Source of the DNA: a bacterium
Lineage (GTDB): Bacteria > Electryoneota > Electryoneia > Electryoneales > Electryoneaceae
Length of the DNA: 64,000 nucleotides
NCBI GenBank assembly: GCA_963675295.2
Contig: CAXXKJ010000002.1
Coordinates: 3,584,001 to 3,648,000 of the forward strand
Direction: 5' to 3'
Made by a program: the position numbers and the translations under genes. The notes beneath the pieces are model-generated. The model had not been told where the DNA came from. It did not search any database and saw only the letters and a program-made list of their open reading frames with translations. Shown here piece by piece: positions 1-10,600 of the stretch (position 1 is its first letter; each line of letters begins with the position of its first letter).

Positions 1-1
1 C

Positions 2-277
2 CACAAGCCGGACGCCCTGTCCGGCGGCGAAAAGCAGCGTGTCGCGATTGCGCGGGCGCTGGTGAAAAATCCCACCTTGCTGCTCGCGGACGAACCCACC
101 GGCAACCTCGACCGTGAGAACACGGCGGAAGTCGAGCGGCTGCTGGCCGACACCCGTGACGCCGGCATATCGTTGATCCTCGTCACGCACGACCTCGAAC
201 TCGCGGAATCGTTGTGCGAAACCATCCTCGAACTTGAATACGGCCGTGTGGTGCAACGGCGGGAGGCGGTTCGATGA
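2..277 (+). CDS. ABC transporter ATP-binding protein (LolD/MacB-like), 5'-truncated by window edge
   Basis: Frame from base 2 reads [15 protein letters not shown], then [11 protein letters not shown] and LVTHD (signature, Walker B, H-switch); ATGA overlap with the permease. Confidence 0.93.
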   Translation, partial: HKPDALSGGEKQRVAIARALVKNPTLLLADEPTGNLDRENTAEVERLLADTRDAGISLILVTHDLELAESLCETILELEYGRVVQRREAVR

Positions 278-1722
278 GTTTTGGTGAACTGTTCCGTGAT
301 GCGTTGCACACCCTGTGGCGGCAGAAGCTGCGGTCCTCGTTGACCATTGGCGGTGTGTTGGTGGCGATTGCCGCGCTGGTGGCGTTGCTGTCGTTTGCGG
401 GCGGGATGAGCAAGAATGTGCGCGACCAGGTCGAAAAATTCAGCTTGTTGCAGACGATGGCCGTCTCCCCCGCCGCCTCGGACAGCACACAGGCGGAGCT
501 GGATTCGACGGCGCTGGCGTGGATGACGACGTTGCCGGGTGTGTTGCAGGCATACCCGCAGGCGCCATTCCCGGTGCACGTCGTGCTGGGCGATGACACG
601 ACCACATGCGACGCGCAGGCGATTCCGCCGAACTCACGCGGGTCGTTGCTGTTCTCGCAGATGAAGGCGGGGGACGTATTCGCGCCAGAGGATACGAACC
701 ACGTGCTGATCACCACCAGCCTGCTCGACCGGTTCGACATCGAGGATGCTGACTCGTTGATCGGGAAAGAACTACTCGTGTACAGTCAGCACGGCCATCC
801 GGACAGCGGCTATGCGGCGGTGCGGGATACGTTCATGACCAGCCTCTCCGGCCGGGGCATCACCGGGATCGCAGAGATGCTGCGCGGGGGACGGATGGAC
901 AGCCTGTCTGCGATGATGTTCGGACAGTTCGTCAGCGCGTTTTTCGATGGCTACATGAACCGTGTCAGCATCGTGCGGGATACTCTGATCGTGTCCGGCG
1001 TTGTGGACGGTGGCGAGGGTTGGACAGACCGTCTGCGGCCGGTTGTGCTGCCGGAAGTGTCGGCTCGGCGGCTGAATCCGGGTTCGTTCACCCAGGACCC
1101 GCTGAGCCTGATCGGGTCGATGCAGAGCGGGGAGGCGTTCAACCCGGCGTCGATGCTGATGGAAACTGATACGGCGGACCGGGTCACGCTGGAGCTGGAC
1201 GCCACCGCCGACCACGAAGCGCTCGCGGATACGTTACGCGCGCACGGCTATTACGTGCAGGATTTCGCCGAATTTTACGCGGAATTCAGGAAGATGGTGG
1301 TGCTGTTCACCGCCGGAATGTCGTTACTCGGCTTCATCGCGATGTTCATCGCCTCGCTGGGGATCGTGAACACGATGGTGATGTCGATTCTCGAACGGCG
1401 GCGTGAGATCGGCGTGCTCAAGGCGCTGGGCGCACAAGACAAGGACATCCGCATCCTGTTCCTCGTCGAAAGCGGGACCATCGGTTTTGTCGGGTCGCTG
1501 CTCGGACTACTGGTCGGTTGGATCGGTGTTGAAATCGTCGGCTTCGCGATGCAGGAATACCTGCGACGGCAGGGAGTCGGCGACGTCGAGCTGTTCTACC
1601 TCGGCCCGGAAACGGTGCTGATCGCAATCGGTTTCGGGATTGTTGTCGCGACGGTCGCGGGGTTGTATCCAGCCTCGCGCGCGGCCGGGTTGGATCCGGT
1701 GGTTGCCCTCCGGGAGGAATAA
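274..1722 (+). CDS. ABC transporter permease (MacB/FtsX family)
   Basis: N-terminal TM ([16 protein letters not shown]), large periplasmic domain, [26 protein letters not shown]-terminal [18 protein letters not shown]. Confidence 0.93.
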   Translation: MSFGELFRDALHTLWRQKLRSSLTIGGVLVAIAALVALLSFAGGMSKNVRDQVEKFSLLQTMAVSPAASDSTQAELDSTALAWMTTLPGVLQAYPQAPFPVHVVLGDDTTTCDAQAIPPNSRGSLLFSQMKAGDVFAPEDTNHVLITTSLLDRFDIEDADSLIGKELLVYSQHGHPDSGYAAVRDTFMTSLSGRGITGIAEMLRGGRMDSLSAMMFGQFVSAFFDGYMNRVSIVRDTLIVSGVVDGGEGWTDRLRPVVLPEVSARRLNPGSFTQDPLSLIGSMQSGEAFNPASMLMETDTADRVTLELDATADHEALADTLRAHGYYVQDFAEFYAEFRKMVVLFTAGMSLLGFIAMFIASLGIVNTMVMSILERRREIGVLKALGAQDKDIRILFLVESGTIGFVGSLLGLLVGWIGVEIVGFAMQEYLRRQGVGDVELFYLGPETVLIAIGFGIVVATVAGLYPASRAAGLDPVVALREE

Positions 1723-1774
1723 GTCAACGAGTCGTGTTTCCCGTTTGGACCGACCTGTCCTCCGCCCTATCTTC

Positions 1775-1788
1775 TGAACATCTATTCA
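1775..1788. promoter_or_regulatory. Candidate LexA (SOS) box upstream of ogt
   Basis: TGAACATCTATTCA = GAAC-N4-ATTC, one mismatch to GAAC-N4-GTTC; resembles motifs upstream of lexA. Confidence 0.4.
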
Positions 1789-1815
1789 GTCGGCCACTCG
1801 AGTTGTGAGGGACAT

Positions 1816-2301
1816 ATGGAGCAGATGCATCGCTGCGTGATCAGCAGCCCGGCGGGACCGTTACGGATCGCTGTTGACGACGGCGGCGTGTTGTGCGAAT
1901 TGTTTTTCGGGTCGGAAACGGACACGGTGAACGGCGACCCGGTGCCGGAGAAATGCCGGCCGGTGGTGGACCAGCTGGGCGAGTATTTCGCCGGAAAACG
2001 GACGGAGTTTGATCTGCGGGTCCGTCCCAAGGGCACGGAGTTCCGCAAGAAGGTGTGGCAGGCGTTGACCGAGATTCCATACGGGGAAACGTGGACCTAC
2101 GGCAAGCTGGCGAAACATGTCGGCTCGCCAGATGCGGCACGTGCGGCAGGGTCAGCCTGCGGCGCGAACCCGATCTCGATTGTGATCCCGTGCCACCGTG
2201 TGGTCGGCTCGAACGGATCGTTGACCGGCTTCGGCGGCGGGATCGAGACGAAGAAGCGGCTGCTGGCGTTGGAATCCGACCAGGTGGCGATGACGCTTTA
2301 A
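1816..2301 (+). CDS. ogt: Methylated-DNA--protein-cysteine methyltransferase
   Basis: GTEFRKKVW...IPYGET.TYG, AARAAGSACGANPI, active-site PCHRVV. Confidence 0.95.
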   Translation: MEQMHRCVISSPAGPLRIAVDDGGVLCELFFGSETDTVNGDPVPEKCRPVVDQLGEYFAGKRTEFDLRVRPKGTEFRKKVWQALTEIPYGETWTYGKLAKHVGSPDAARAAGSACGANPISIVIPCHRVVGSNGSLTGFGGGIETKKRLLALESDQVAMTL

Positions 2302-2305
2302 GGAC

Positions 2306-2354
2306 GGGCTCGGGGCTCGGGGCTCGGGGCTCGGGGCTCGGGGCTCGGGGCTCG
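2306..2354. repeat. Heptamer tandem repeat (GGGGCTC)x7
   Basis: Directly visible just after the ogt stop. Confidence 0.95.
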
Positions 2355-2497
2355 AAAGATAAAGCATGCCCTGGACTCTCATGTCTGGGGTTATCCGACA
2401 GGATCATTACGTGGCGTCAATGGTGCCTGATGGCTCTGCCAGCAAGGATCATCCGACGTCGGGGGCACACGCGGATTTGTCTTGAACATGGAATCCG

Positions 2498-2641
2498 CTA
2501 CTCGCCCCGTGAACTCTTCTGCGGGCGTTTCCCCACCTCCTGCATCCGCACCTTGCCACATTTCGGGCAGATCCACTTACGCTGCTTGTGGAAGGATCGC
2601 TTTTCCTCCCGCATTTTGACTCGGCACTTCGGGCAATGCAT
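2498..2641 (-). CDS. 47-aa basic zinc-ribbon microprotein (CxxC-X18-CxxC), absent from the ORF track
   Basis: Hand translation MHCPKCRVKMREEKRSFHKQRKWICPKCGKVRMQEVGKRPQKSSRGE*; its ATG abuts the sufE TAG. Confidence 0.75.
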   Translation of the reverse strand: MHCPKCRVKMREEKRSFHKQRKWICPKCGKVRMQEVGKRPQKSSRGE

Positions 2642-3070
2642 CTACGCGTTCCCGAGTTGAGCAGCGACCTGCTGTTTCATCGTCAGCAGGATGTTGCCGA
2701 TGGCGTTGGCACGTGTCGGGATGACGCTTTCCGCGAGGTTGGTGCGCTGGAGGAAGTCGGCGACAATCGGTTCGGCGTCCGTGATGAACGTCTCAGCGTT
2801 CCACCCGTCAAACGCCGCGAACAACGCCTGCACGTAGCCGCGAGTGATGAACGCGTCCGACGAACCGCGGAAATGGATCTTCCCGTCCTCGTCGATGCTG
2901 GCGGCGATGTGCACATTAGAGACACAGCCCTGTACGCGGTTCGCCTCGGTGCGTTGTTCGGGCGGGAGTTCATTCAGCTCCTTGCCCAACGCGACCATCA
3001 GCTCGAGCACCTCGCGACGGTCCGGGATCGCCTCGATGTCTTCCGCCAGTTCCTTCAGGTAGTCACTCAT
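2642..3070 (-). CDS. sufE: SufE-family Fe-S cluster sulfur acceptor
   Basis: NRVQGCVSNV catalytic Cys motif, SDAFITRG, PTRANA. Confidence 0.88.
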   Translation of the reverse strand: MSDYLKELAEDIEAIPDRREVLELMVALGKELNELPPEQRTEANRVQGCVSNVHIAASIDEDGKIHFRGSSDAFITRGYVQALFAAFDGWNAETFITDAEPIVADFLQRTNLAESVIPTRANAIGNILLTMKQQVAAQLGNA

Positions 3071-3137
3071 ATCCGATGAAGTCCTTCAAGTCGTTGTGCT
3101 GGTACGTGCCAGTGTCCGCTTGCGAACTTGGGCACAA

Positions 3138-3377
3138 CTGCTTCCTTACGTCCGCGTCTGCAAGCAGACACGGGCACATACAACATCCTGCTTCCTCACG
3201 TCCGCGTCCGCAAGCGGACACGGGCACATACAACATCCTGCTTCCTCACGTCCGCGTCTGCAAGTAGACACGGGCACATACAACGTCCTGCTTCCTCACG
3301 TCCGCGTCTGCAAGCAGACACGGGCACTTACAACATCCTGCTTCCTCACGTCCGCGTCCGCAAGCAGACACGGGCAC
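3138..3377. repeat. 50-bp tandem repeat (~5 copies) with a REP-like hairpin in each unit
   Basis: Unit CTGCTTCCTCACGTCCGCGTCTGCAAGCAGACACGGGCACATACAACATC; hairpin GTCTGC-AA-GCAGAC; a degenerate inverted copy precedes it (~3105-3136). Confidence 0.9.
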
Positions 3378-3512
3378 TTCTGTTCTCGATTCTCCGTCGA
3401 AGATAACTGGGATGCAGGAGGAGACAAAACCGCCCAGCGATTCGGGAATCACCAGGCGGAGAATTTTGTGTCTGGATGCCGAAGCCGGCATCATGCGGAC
3501 GAACATAGCGGG

Positions 3513-6500
3513 TTATTTCAGGAACGTCACCCGTTGTGTCGCGATCAGCTGGTTGTCGGCGTGCATCTGGATGAAGTACGCGCCGGACGAGTGCCCGGTC
3601 ATGTCGAAGCTGACCGGCTTGTAGCCGGCGGCGACGGGACGCCAGCTGGCACGCGCGACCTCACGGCCGAGGATGTTATGCACGGTCAGTTGCACGTTCG
3701 CGCCGGGTTTCGGGGACGCCATCACCACGGTCAGCACCTGGTTGAACGGGTTCGGGTAGCTGCGTGCGATGGCAAACTCGGTCGGCACGCCGCTATCCCA
3801 CTCGGCGACATAGGAGTAGTTGTTGTACACGCTCCACGTCTGCGTCGAGAGGGTCGTCATCTGGGTCGCGTCCTCGGCAACCACCCGCCACCACCAGTCA
3901 CCCACATTCAATAGACCGGCCTGGATACCGGCGGTCGTGTCCTCGCCGGCGTCAAACTCCATCGGGTCGGTGAAGTTCAGATCCTGCGCGAATTCGACGG
4001 TGTAGGTCACCGGCCCGGCGAGATCCGGGTCTTCACTCGGCTGCCAGGTCACGTAGAACAGCGGTGCTTCGATGACGGTTCCGCTATCCGGCGAGACCAG
4101 CGCGAACGGTGTCGGCGGATCGTCAATATGAACAGTGAAATGGAAGCCGGACTGGTTCGCCCAACGTCCATCACTGTTGGTATCGACCGCGCGCACATTC
4201 CACCAGACCTCGTCGTTGTCGGCAAGGCCGATGTCGAGGCCGAATGCGGTGGTGTCAACGGCTGCCGCCGAATCGCTGCTGGCCCAGTTGTCACGGGACC
4301 AGTAGACGGTGTAGCTGACCGCGTCGAACAGGTCGGTATCGACTGCTTCCGACCATTCGAGTGTCGGCTGGGTGTACGGTGTCAGGCCGTCGTTTTCCGG
4401 GCTGGTCAGCTCGAAGTCCGCTGGCTGATCCATGTGCGTGACGAAGAGGTTTTGGACGCCGTTGTGCATCCACGTCGTGTCGCCACCCGCCAATGCGCGG
4501 ACGGTCCATTTCCACGGGACGTCGTCCTCGTCCCCGCTCGGCAGCACGAAACTGGTCTCGCTGATCCCGGCGGCGTAGATGTCGAAATCGTCCGGATCGG
4601 TGAGCACCGGGTTGGTTGTCGCGAGGACGTCGTAGCTGACCTCCTCACCGGTATCGGCGTCGGTGGAAACGGTCCAGCTCAATGTGACGTCGCGCTGATC
4701 GTAGACGACCGTCTCATGCGCCGGCGCGATGGCGTCAAAGCCGCTCGGCAGGTTTGGCGCATCGACGGTGAACGTGTTCATCGACGTCGACGCCGCGCGG
4801 TTGCCGGTCGCGTCCACGACCTCAACGTACCACAGTATCTGGGCGTTGTCGGGGACGTCGTCGATAACCGGAATCTCGTTCACCGGCGCGGCCTCGAGAC
4901 GGGTCGCGGTACGGCTGGCGGCGACGCCGGATTCAGCACGCGATCCATCACGGGCCGACATCGCGGTACCGGTGGATTTCTTGCCACGGATGGCGCGTGT
5001 GTTCACGGCGACCAGTTCATTCCCGATCACGGCGGGCGGTGCCGGGGTGGTATCCACCGAGCGGCGTTCGTTCTGCCGCTGTGCCTCAGTGACGAGCCAC
5101 TTGCGGAAACGACCGGCGCCGTCAAAATCGAGATCCTCGCCGGTCATATCAAACACGGTGTCCGGGATCGCGAAGATGGTGTCGCTTGTCGTGCCGCCGT
5201 CCGGCGACCAGATCAGGTCGTACCGCAGGGTGTCGTTGATGTCCGGATCGTACGATCCGCGCCAGCGGAACACCGGCTCGAGCGTGGACACGGTAGCCTC
5301 ATCCGCCGGATCGAGCAGCACGAACGGTTGCGGCAGGTCCGGGCGTTCGGCGACAGCAGACTGGATCGCGGAATAGCGCTGCGTGCCATCGGTCGCGACC
5401 GCGCGAACCACCCAGTAGTAGGTATCCCCGATCTCGATGTCGGTGTACACCGGCGTGTTGTCGATGTGAGGTTGCCCGCCGTCAAACGGATCGACGGTGT
5501 CAGTTCCAGCCGGTTTCTTGCGATCCGAGTCGGACCGGGAGTCGTCCAGGGCGAGGAGGCCGTCACTTTGGATCGTGTTGCGAGTACGGCGACTTATGTC
5601 ACCGGCGAAGGATTCAACCGATTGCTCGGAAACACCCTTTGCGTTGCGCTGGGATGCACCGGTGTTATCCGTCACAGGTGTGCGAGTCCGGTTCAACGCG
5701 ATCAGGTCTCTTCCGCCAACGGCTTGCGGCGTTGATCCGTCCTGGTAGTAGAGCATCACACCGGGTTCGGTCAGGCCGTCCACCGAATCGGGATCGCTGA
5801 ACTCCTCGGTGTCGGACCAGTAGAAGGTGTAGGTAACGTCGAGTTGCTGTGGATGGATGGACTCCTGCCACGTGGTCACGCCCTCTTCCCAGGCCGTGCC
5901 GCCGTTGATTGGGGCAATCGGTTGGAACGCGGACGGACGCAATTCCGGCGAAATCACGGTCACCGGGATGACGGTTGTGGTGTAGAGGTCACCGTCAAAC
6001 ACCAGCACCTCAAACGTGTGATCGCCGACCGCATCCCACGGCACAGCCCAGCGCACGAGGACGTTGTTCTCGTCCTCGTCATCAATCAGGACGCTTTGCG
6101 GTCCACCGGGCAGGTCGAGCGCGGGCACGGACACCGTGCCTGGCTCGTCATCGCTGATCTGCACTGTCAGGGTCAGGGTTTCGCCCGCGGCAACGGTCGG
6201 TTCGGGCGGTGAAACAAACACGTTCGGCGAACCGTTTCCGATATAGCCGGCCATGCGGCGCGGGAACTCGACGACAGTCTGCGCGGAATGGGCAAAGTCC
6301 GGCATTGGGAAGACGACGGAGTTGACGTAGCGCGTGCCGAGTTCGAGATCCATGTCCTCGAAAACACGCACGTAGTACTGGCCGTCCTCGGGCAGCGGAT
6401 CCTGCACCAGATCAAACGTGACGAACACGGTAAACACGCCGGGCGGATTCCAGTATTGCGTCGGCGCGGTCTGCGTCGCGAACAGCACCAGTTCGTCATC

Positions 6501-6740
6501 ATCGCCGGGCTGGCCGATTTGCGGTCCGCTCTCGATGACCGGGTCGGGGCCATCCCCCTCAGCGTCATACACGATGTGAACGCGGAAGGTGCCGGTCAGT
6601 GGCGAGCCGGACGGATCGTGAATCACCGTGCCGCCGCCGTTGGGGTCGAGGTTGCTGAAGGTCCACGGTCGCGGTTCAGCGTTGGCCGTCGCCGCGATGA
6701 TCAGCAGACAGAGCGTCAACAGGAGCAGGGTGCGTTTCAT
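3513..6740 (-). CDS. Large secreted protein with Ig/FN3-like repeats and T9SS-like C-terminal sorting domain
   Basis: Signal peptide; repeated P..F.L..P...W....DPD....V.Y units; C-terminal SYPNPFN...SGAYF...RVTFLK. Confidence 0.85.
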   Translation of the reverse strand: MKRTLLLLTLCLLIIAATANAEPRPWTFSNLDPNGGGTVIHDPSGSPLTGTFRVHIVYDAEGDGPDPVIESGPQIGQPGDDDELVLFATQTAPTQYWNPPGVFTVFVTFDLVQDPLPEDGQYYVRVFEDMDLELGTRYVNSVVFPMPDFAHSAQTVVEFPRRMAGYIGNGSPNVFVSPPEPTVAAGETLTLTVQISDDEPGTVSVPALDLPGGPQSVLIDDEDENNVLVRWAVPWDAVGDHTFEVLVFDGDLYTTTVIPVTVISPELRPSAFQPIAPINGGTAWEEGVTTWQESIHPQQLDVTYTFYWSDTEEFSDPDSVDGLTEPGVMLYYQDGSTPQAVGGRDLIALNRTRTPVTDNTGASQRNAKGVSEQSVESFAGDISRRTRNTIQSDGLLALDDSRSDSDRKKPAGTDTVDPFDGGQPHIDNTPVYTDIEIGDTYYWVVRAVATDGTQRYSAIQSAVAERPDLPQPFVLLDPADEATVSTLEPVFRWRGSYDPDINDTLRYDLIWSPDGGTTSDTIFAIPDTVFDMTGEDLDFDGAGRFRKWLVTEAQRQNERRSVDTTPAPPAVIGNELVAVNTRAIRGKKSTGTAMSARDGSRAESGVAASRTATRLEAAPVNEIPVIDDVPDNAQILWYVEVVDATGNRAASTSMNTFTVDAPNLPSGFDAIAPAHETVVYDQRDVTLSWTVSTDADTGEEVSYDVLATTNPVLTDPDDFDIYAAGISETSFVLPSGDEDDVPWKWTVRALAGGDTTWMHNGVQNLFVTHMDQPADFELTSPENDGLTPYTQPTLEWSEAVDTDLFDAVSYTVYWSRDNWASSDSAAAVDTTAFGLDIGLADNDEVWWNVRAVDTNSDGRWANQSGFHFTVHIDDPPTPFALVSPDSGTVIEAPLFYVTWQPSEDPDLAGPVTYTVEFAQDLNFTDPMEFDAGEDTTAGIQAGLLNVGDWWWRVVAEDATQMTTLSTQTWSVYNNYSYVAEWDSGVPTEFAIARSYPNPFNQVLTVVMASPKPGANVQLTVHNILGREVARASWRPVAAGYKPVSFDMTGHSSGAYFIQMHADNQLIATQRVTFLK

Positions 6741-7615
6741 CGTCCACCTCCCGAGTTACGGGCGGAGGTTCCGGCGGAAGTTGACCATGGAGCGGTGTTG
6801 AAGTCGATCGCCGGTGCCTGCAGCAGGCCACGCATGCCGCTGGGAACTTTTGCCTCGAAGCCGCCGCGCGGCGGTTCCGCGCCGACGATCAATTCGGGAC
6901 GGGTCCAGATGATATCCTGGTCACCGTGCGCAACTTCAAACAGGTAGCCTTTGCCCGGGTGGAAGGTGAATTCGGTTCCCTGCCAGCCTTCGATCGGGTG
7001 CCGCCAGGTGGGTGTCACCAGGCCCCCAGTGTAGGTAAACACACGGTCGGCAAGGGCTGCGTATTGCGCGCTGCGGTAGCCGGAATCATCCAGGCCGGAC
7101 CCGGCTAACGTTACCGGTACCACGGCTGGACAGGCGACCATGTTGACGCCGGGATGGAGCGTGTCAATCACGGTTGCCGCCATGGTCAACGCGCCGCCGA
7201 TCAGCCGCATTTCGACCGGCTGCGAGCCGTCCGGGATGATCAGCCAGTACGAACGTTTGACCTGTAACACGTCCAAGGTGCCAAGCCATGCCGATTCGAT
7301 GCTGCTGTAGTACGATCCGATCACGTCGCCGTTTTCAACGGTTATGATCCGTGTCGCGGTCGCCCACTCTTCCCCGCCGGGAAAACGGTCGGCGAGGATC
7401 CCGGTGACGGTCGCGCCAGCGGGCAGCACGGGGAACGACATCAGGTGCGTTCCCGGCGTGAATTCCGTCTCGATCACACCGGCGGGGTTGGACGGCAGAC
7501 CGAACCCGGCGGCGTGTCCCGCAACCGGCAGTAGTGCCAGCAGCAGCAGGAGCAGCGGAATCGCGATAGGTGTTGTACGAAATCTCATGTCCAGTGTGCC
7601 TCGTGACGCGTTCAT
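6737..7615 (-). CDS. Secreted hypothetical protein (start at 7615 or 7588)
   Basis: Signal peptide; ATGA-type overlaps with both neighbours suggest an operon. Confidence 0.75.
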   Translation of the reverse strand: MNASRGTLDMRFRTTPIAIPLLLLLLALLPVAGHAAGFGLPSNPAGVIETEFTPGTHLMSFPVLPAGATVTGILADRFPGGEEWATATRIITVENGDVIGSYYSSIESAWLGTLDVLQVKRSYWLIIPDGSQPVEMRLIGGALTMAATVIDTLHPGVNMVACPAVVPVTLAGSGLDDSGYRSAQYAALADRVFTYTGGLVTPTWRHPIEGWQGTEFTFHPGKGYLFEVAHGDQDIIWTRPELIVGAEPPRGGFEAKVPSGMRGLLQAPAIDFNTAPWSTSAGTSARNSGGGR

Positions 7616-10600
7616 TTCATCAACACGAGTTTGCGGGTGAAGGCTTTATCGCCGGTCTTCAGGTGCAGCAGGTAGACGCCGCTCGCGAGCCCGTGCGCAC
7701 GCCAGCTCATCCGGTGGCTGCCGGCAATGTGCCGCGCGTTCTCGAGCACCGCGACCCGTTGGCCGAGCACGTTGTAGAGGATCGCCTCGACGTTCGCCGG
7801 CTTTGGCAGATCGTAGCTCAGCGTTAGCGTTGAGTTGAACGGATTTGGCCACACCTCACGCAACGCGAATTCACCGGGGAGGGTGTTGTCGTTGTCGTTT
7901 ACGTCCGAATACGGATTCAGCAGCGTAAACGGTTGGTCGCTGTAGACCGTGTCACCCTGCGACACCGCCATCACCGACCAGGTGATTTCCGGCGACCCGT
8001 TCCACGTCAAGTCGAGATCGTCGAAATCGACGGTCAGCTGCGGATCGGTACTGCCTGAAACCTCGATGGTCTCGTTGTAGGAGGTGAGGCTCAACGTGTA
8101 CTCGGCGAAGGCGTACGGATCATTATCGACGCACTCATCCCACGTGAAGGTGACAACCTCATCCTGCATCGCGGTACCATCTTCCGGCGTGGCGAGTGCG
8201 AATGGCAGCGGCTGCTGGAAGTTGACCTCGCGGACCATGCGGACATCATCGATGTACCAGCCGGCCTTGCCGAGATCGCCGTGCGTCTTGCTTTCGAAGA
8301 CGAGGTTCGCGGTCGCGCCGTGCAAGTCGCGCAGATCAACGACGACGGTTTCCCAGTCGCCGGTTTCGCCGCTGTAGACATCGGTCCCGTTGTCGACACC
8401 CGATCCGGGAATGCGGTAGTTGTAGCCACCGATCGGTTCCACCTTCTCGTAGCCGGGGGCGTCAGTTCCGATTTCACCGCCGTCAATGGCGGAACCCGGA
8501 ACGTCCGGATCGACCGCGTACTCGAGCCACTGTTCGTACACCAGCAGCAGCGGTCCGTATTCCGGCGCGAGCATATCGTTGATGATCAGGAAGGAGGGGA
8601 CTTCCTGCGTGTACGGTCCGTCGAGAATGGTGCCGACGACATTTTCACCGCTGACTGCGCCGGTCGGGCCGAATGTCGGCACGCCGATCTGCCATTCTCC
8701 CAGCGGGACAACTTCACCGCCGGTGTTCTCGAAGTCGATCAGCTCAAAGACGGACGACGTGTTGGAGATGGTCGTTTCGTACCAGCCATCTTCGGGATAC
8801 GTAAGTGGATTCCCGGTCGCGGACAGGTCCTCGGACTGCAGCTTGTACTCGATCAAATCGCATGCCTGCACGGGAACATTGTCCGGCAGGCTGACTGACC
8901 ACAGGCCGTTCTCACCGACCGGTTCGAGTTCAAGCGTACCCTGCGCCGCGCCGTTCATCCGCCACAGCACCGTGATGCTGGAGATATCCGTTTGCTGCGG
9001 TGCGGCGTTGATCCACAGCGGCCAACCGGTGCGCGGGAAAGTATCGGTGTTAAGCACAGTCAGCTCGATGCCGGTGACATCGTCCGGCGTCACCTGCAAC
9101 GGGAGCGACAGCGGCCCATAGTTGCCGCCGAGGTCCCGGATACGCACTGCGACGTAGCTTTCTTCCTGATACGGGAGCGTGGTGACGTAGGTCCAGTCAT
9201 CGAGGCCGATCGCGCGCAGCCACGGGTCATCGTCCGAGGTCCAGATGATCGGCGAATTTTCGGTTGGCGGATCGGTGTCGGCTAGAATTTCGTAGGTGTA
9301 TTGATGACCGTCGACAATCGGCTGCCAACTGATAGCGACCGATCCCTCGCCGTCCTCATGCACTTCCAGCCCCTGGATTTGTGGTGGCATGGCGACCGAC
9401 ACCGGGTTATCCCACCAGTCCAGCCAGTTCGCGATGGAATTCAGGAACGGAGCGTAGAACTCAAGCATCGGGGTGTAGGTGGTAATCTCCGGCGGAATCA
9501 CCTGCAGGTTGAACATGTTAGTGCGCGGGTAGTTGTTGTCCTCGAGGTAGGACGGCCACTCATCCATCTCAACGTGCAGGAATGGCTGAATCGCCTGGAA
9601 CGCGATGTAGTTATGCGATTCGTCGTACAAGTACTGATCCTGCTGATTGTTCGGGTCCCCGCGCAGAGTCGTCGCCTGGGGAACACGCAGCGAGTCGTTC
9701 GGCCCGACGTGCACGTAGTAGTTGAGCGTTGTGTTCATCGCGTAGTAGTCGTTGACCGGCATCGCGGGCAACGGGCCGTCGTTACCAACATAATCGCCCG
9801 CCGCGAACACCGGATGCGGGGTCATGTGCGCCAGGTCGCGGCCTTCCTGCCGCATGTCGCGCATCGGCAGGTAGGGCACGGTGTGCGTGTATCCGGCAGA
9901 CAGGATGTTCGGCGTGTGCAGATCATGGCTCGGATCGAAGCTGTGCAACTGGATGACGAACGCCGGGTGCGGATAATAGCCGATGAACTCGTCGGCAAAG
10001 CGTTCGGTGTAGCGCTGCAGCGGCAAACGCGGATTGCGGCTCGGATCGGACAGCGACTTGCTGTTGGAGTAGCTACCCTGCCCGGTCCACAACACTTCTC
10101 GCCCGGAACCGTTGATGCACAGCGCAGCGGCATCAATATCCAGGAACAGTTCGACGGCGGCGAATGGGGCAAAGAAGTCGTCGCACGGATGCACCACCTG
10201 CACCATGATGTTGGCGCGAGTTGCGTTGGGGTTAAAGATGAACACGCCCCAGCCGTTGTCGAAGGACCCGTAAATGTCGTCGGCTGGGTCTGAGGTGCCG
10301 GAGGTGTCCACGTAGTCCATGTTCAGCTGTTCGCGGAGGATGTAGAAGGTGCGGCCGTAGTCGCTGTCCTCAAACTGCACGGTCTCGTAGTGAAATGTCG
10401 CGGCGGAATCCGCAACCATTGCCGCTGCGGCACTCAGATCATCCTCGAACATGGCGAGGAAGATGTTGTCCCAGTGGTCGAGCGCCTGATCGCCAAACGG
10501 AGTGTCCGGAATATAGCGGAAGGAACCGAAGCCACTGGTCTGTGGGTCGATTAGTTCCGGGCCGTAATCGTTGTAACCGGGATCAGCGATTCCCTCAACG

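Noticed and set aside
2355-2497. Possible riboswitch or ncRNA between ogt and the zinc-ribbon ORF
   Set aside because: Contains small hairpins but lies between convergent 3' ends and matches no riboswitch consensus I can confirm
3138-3377. Possible CRISPR array
   Set aside because: Units are near-identical over their whole length, with no unique spacers and no cas genes nearby
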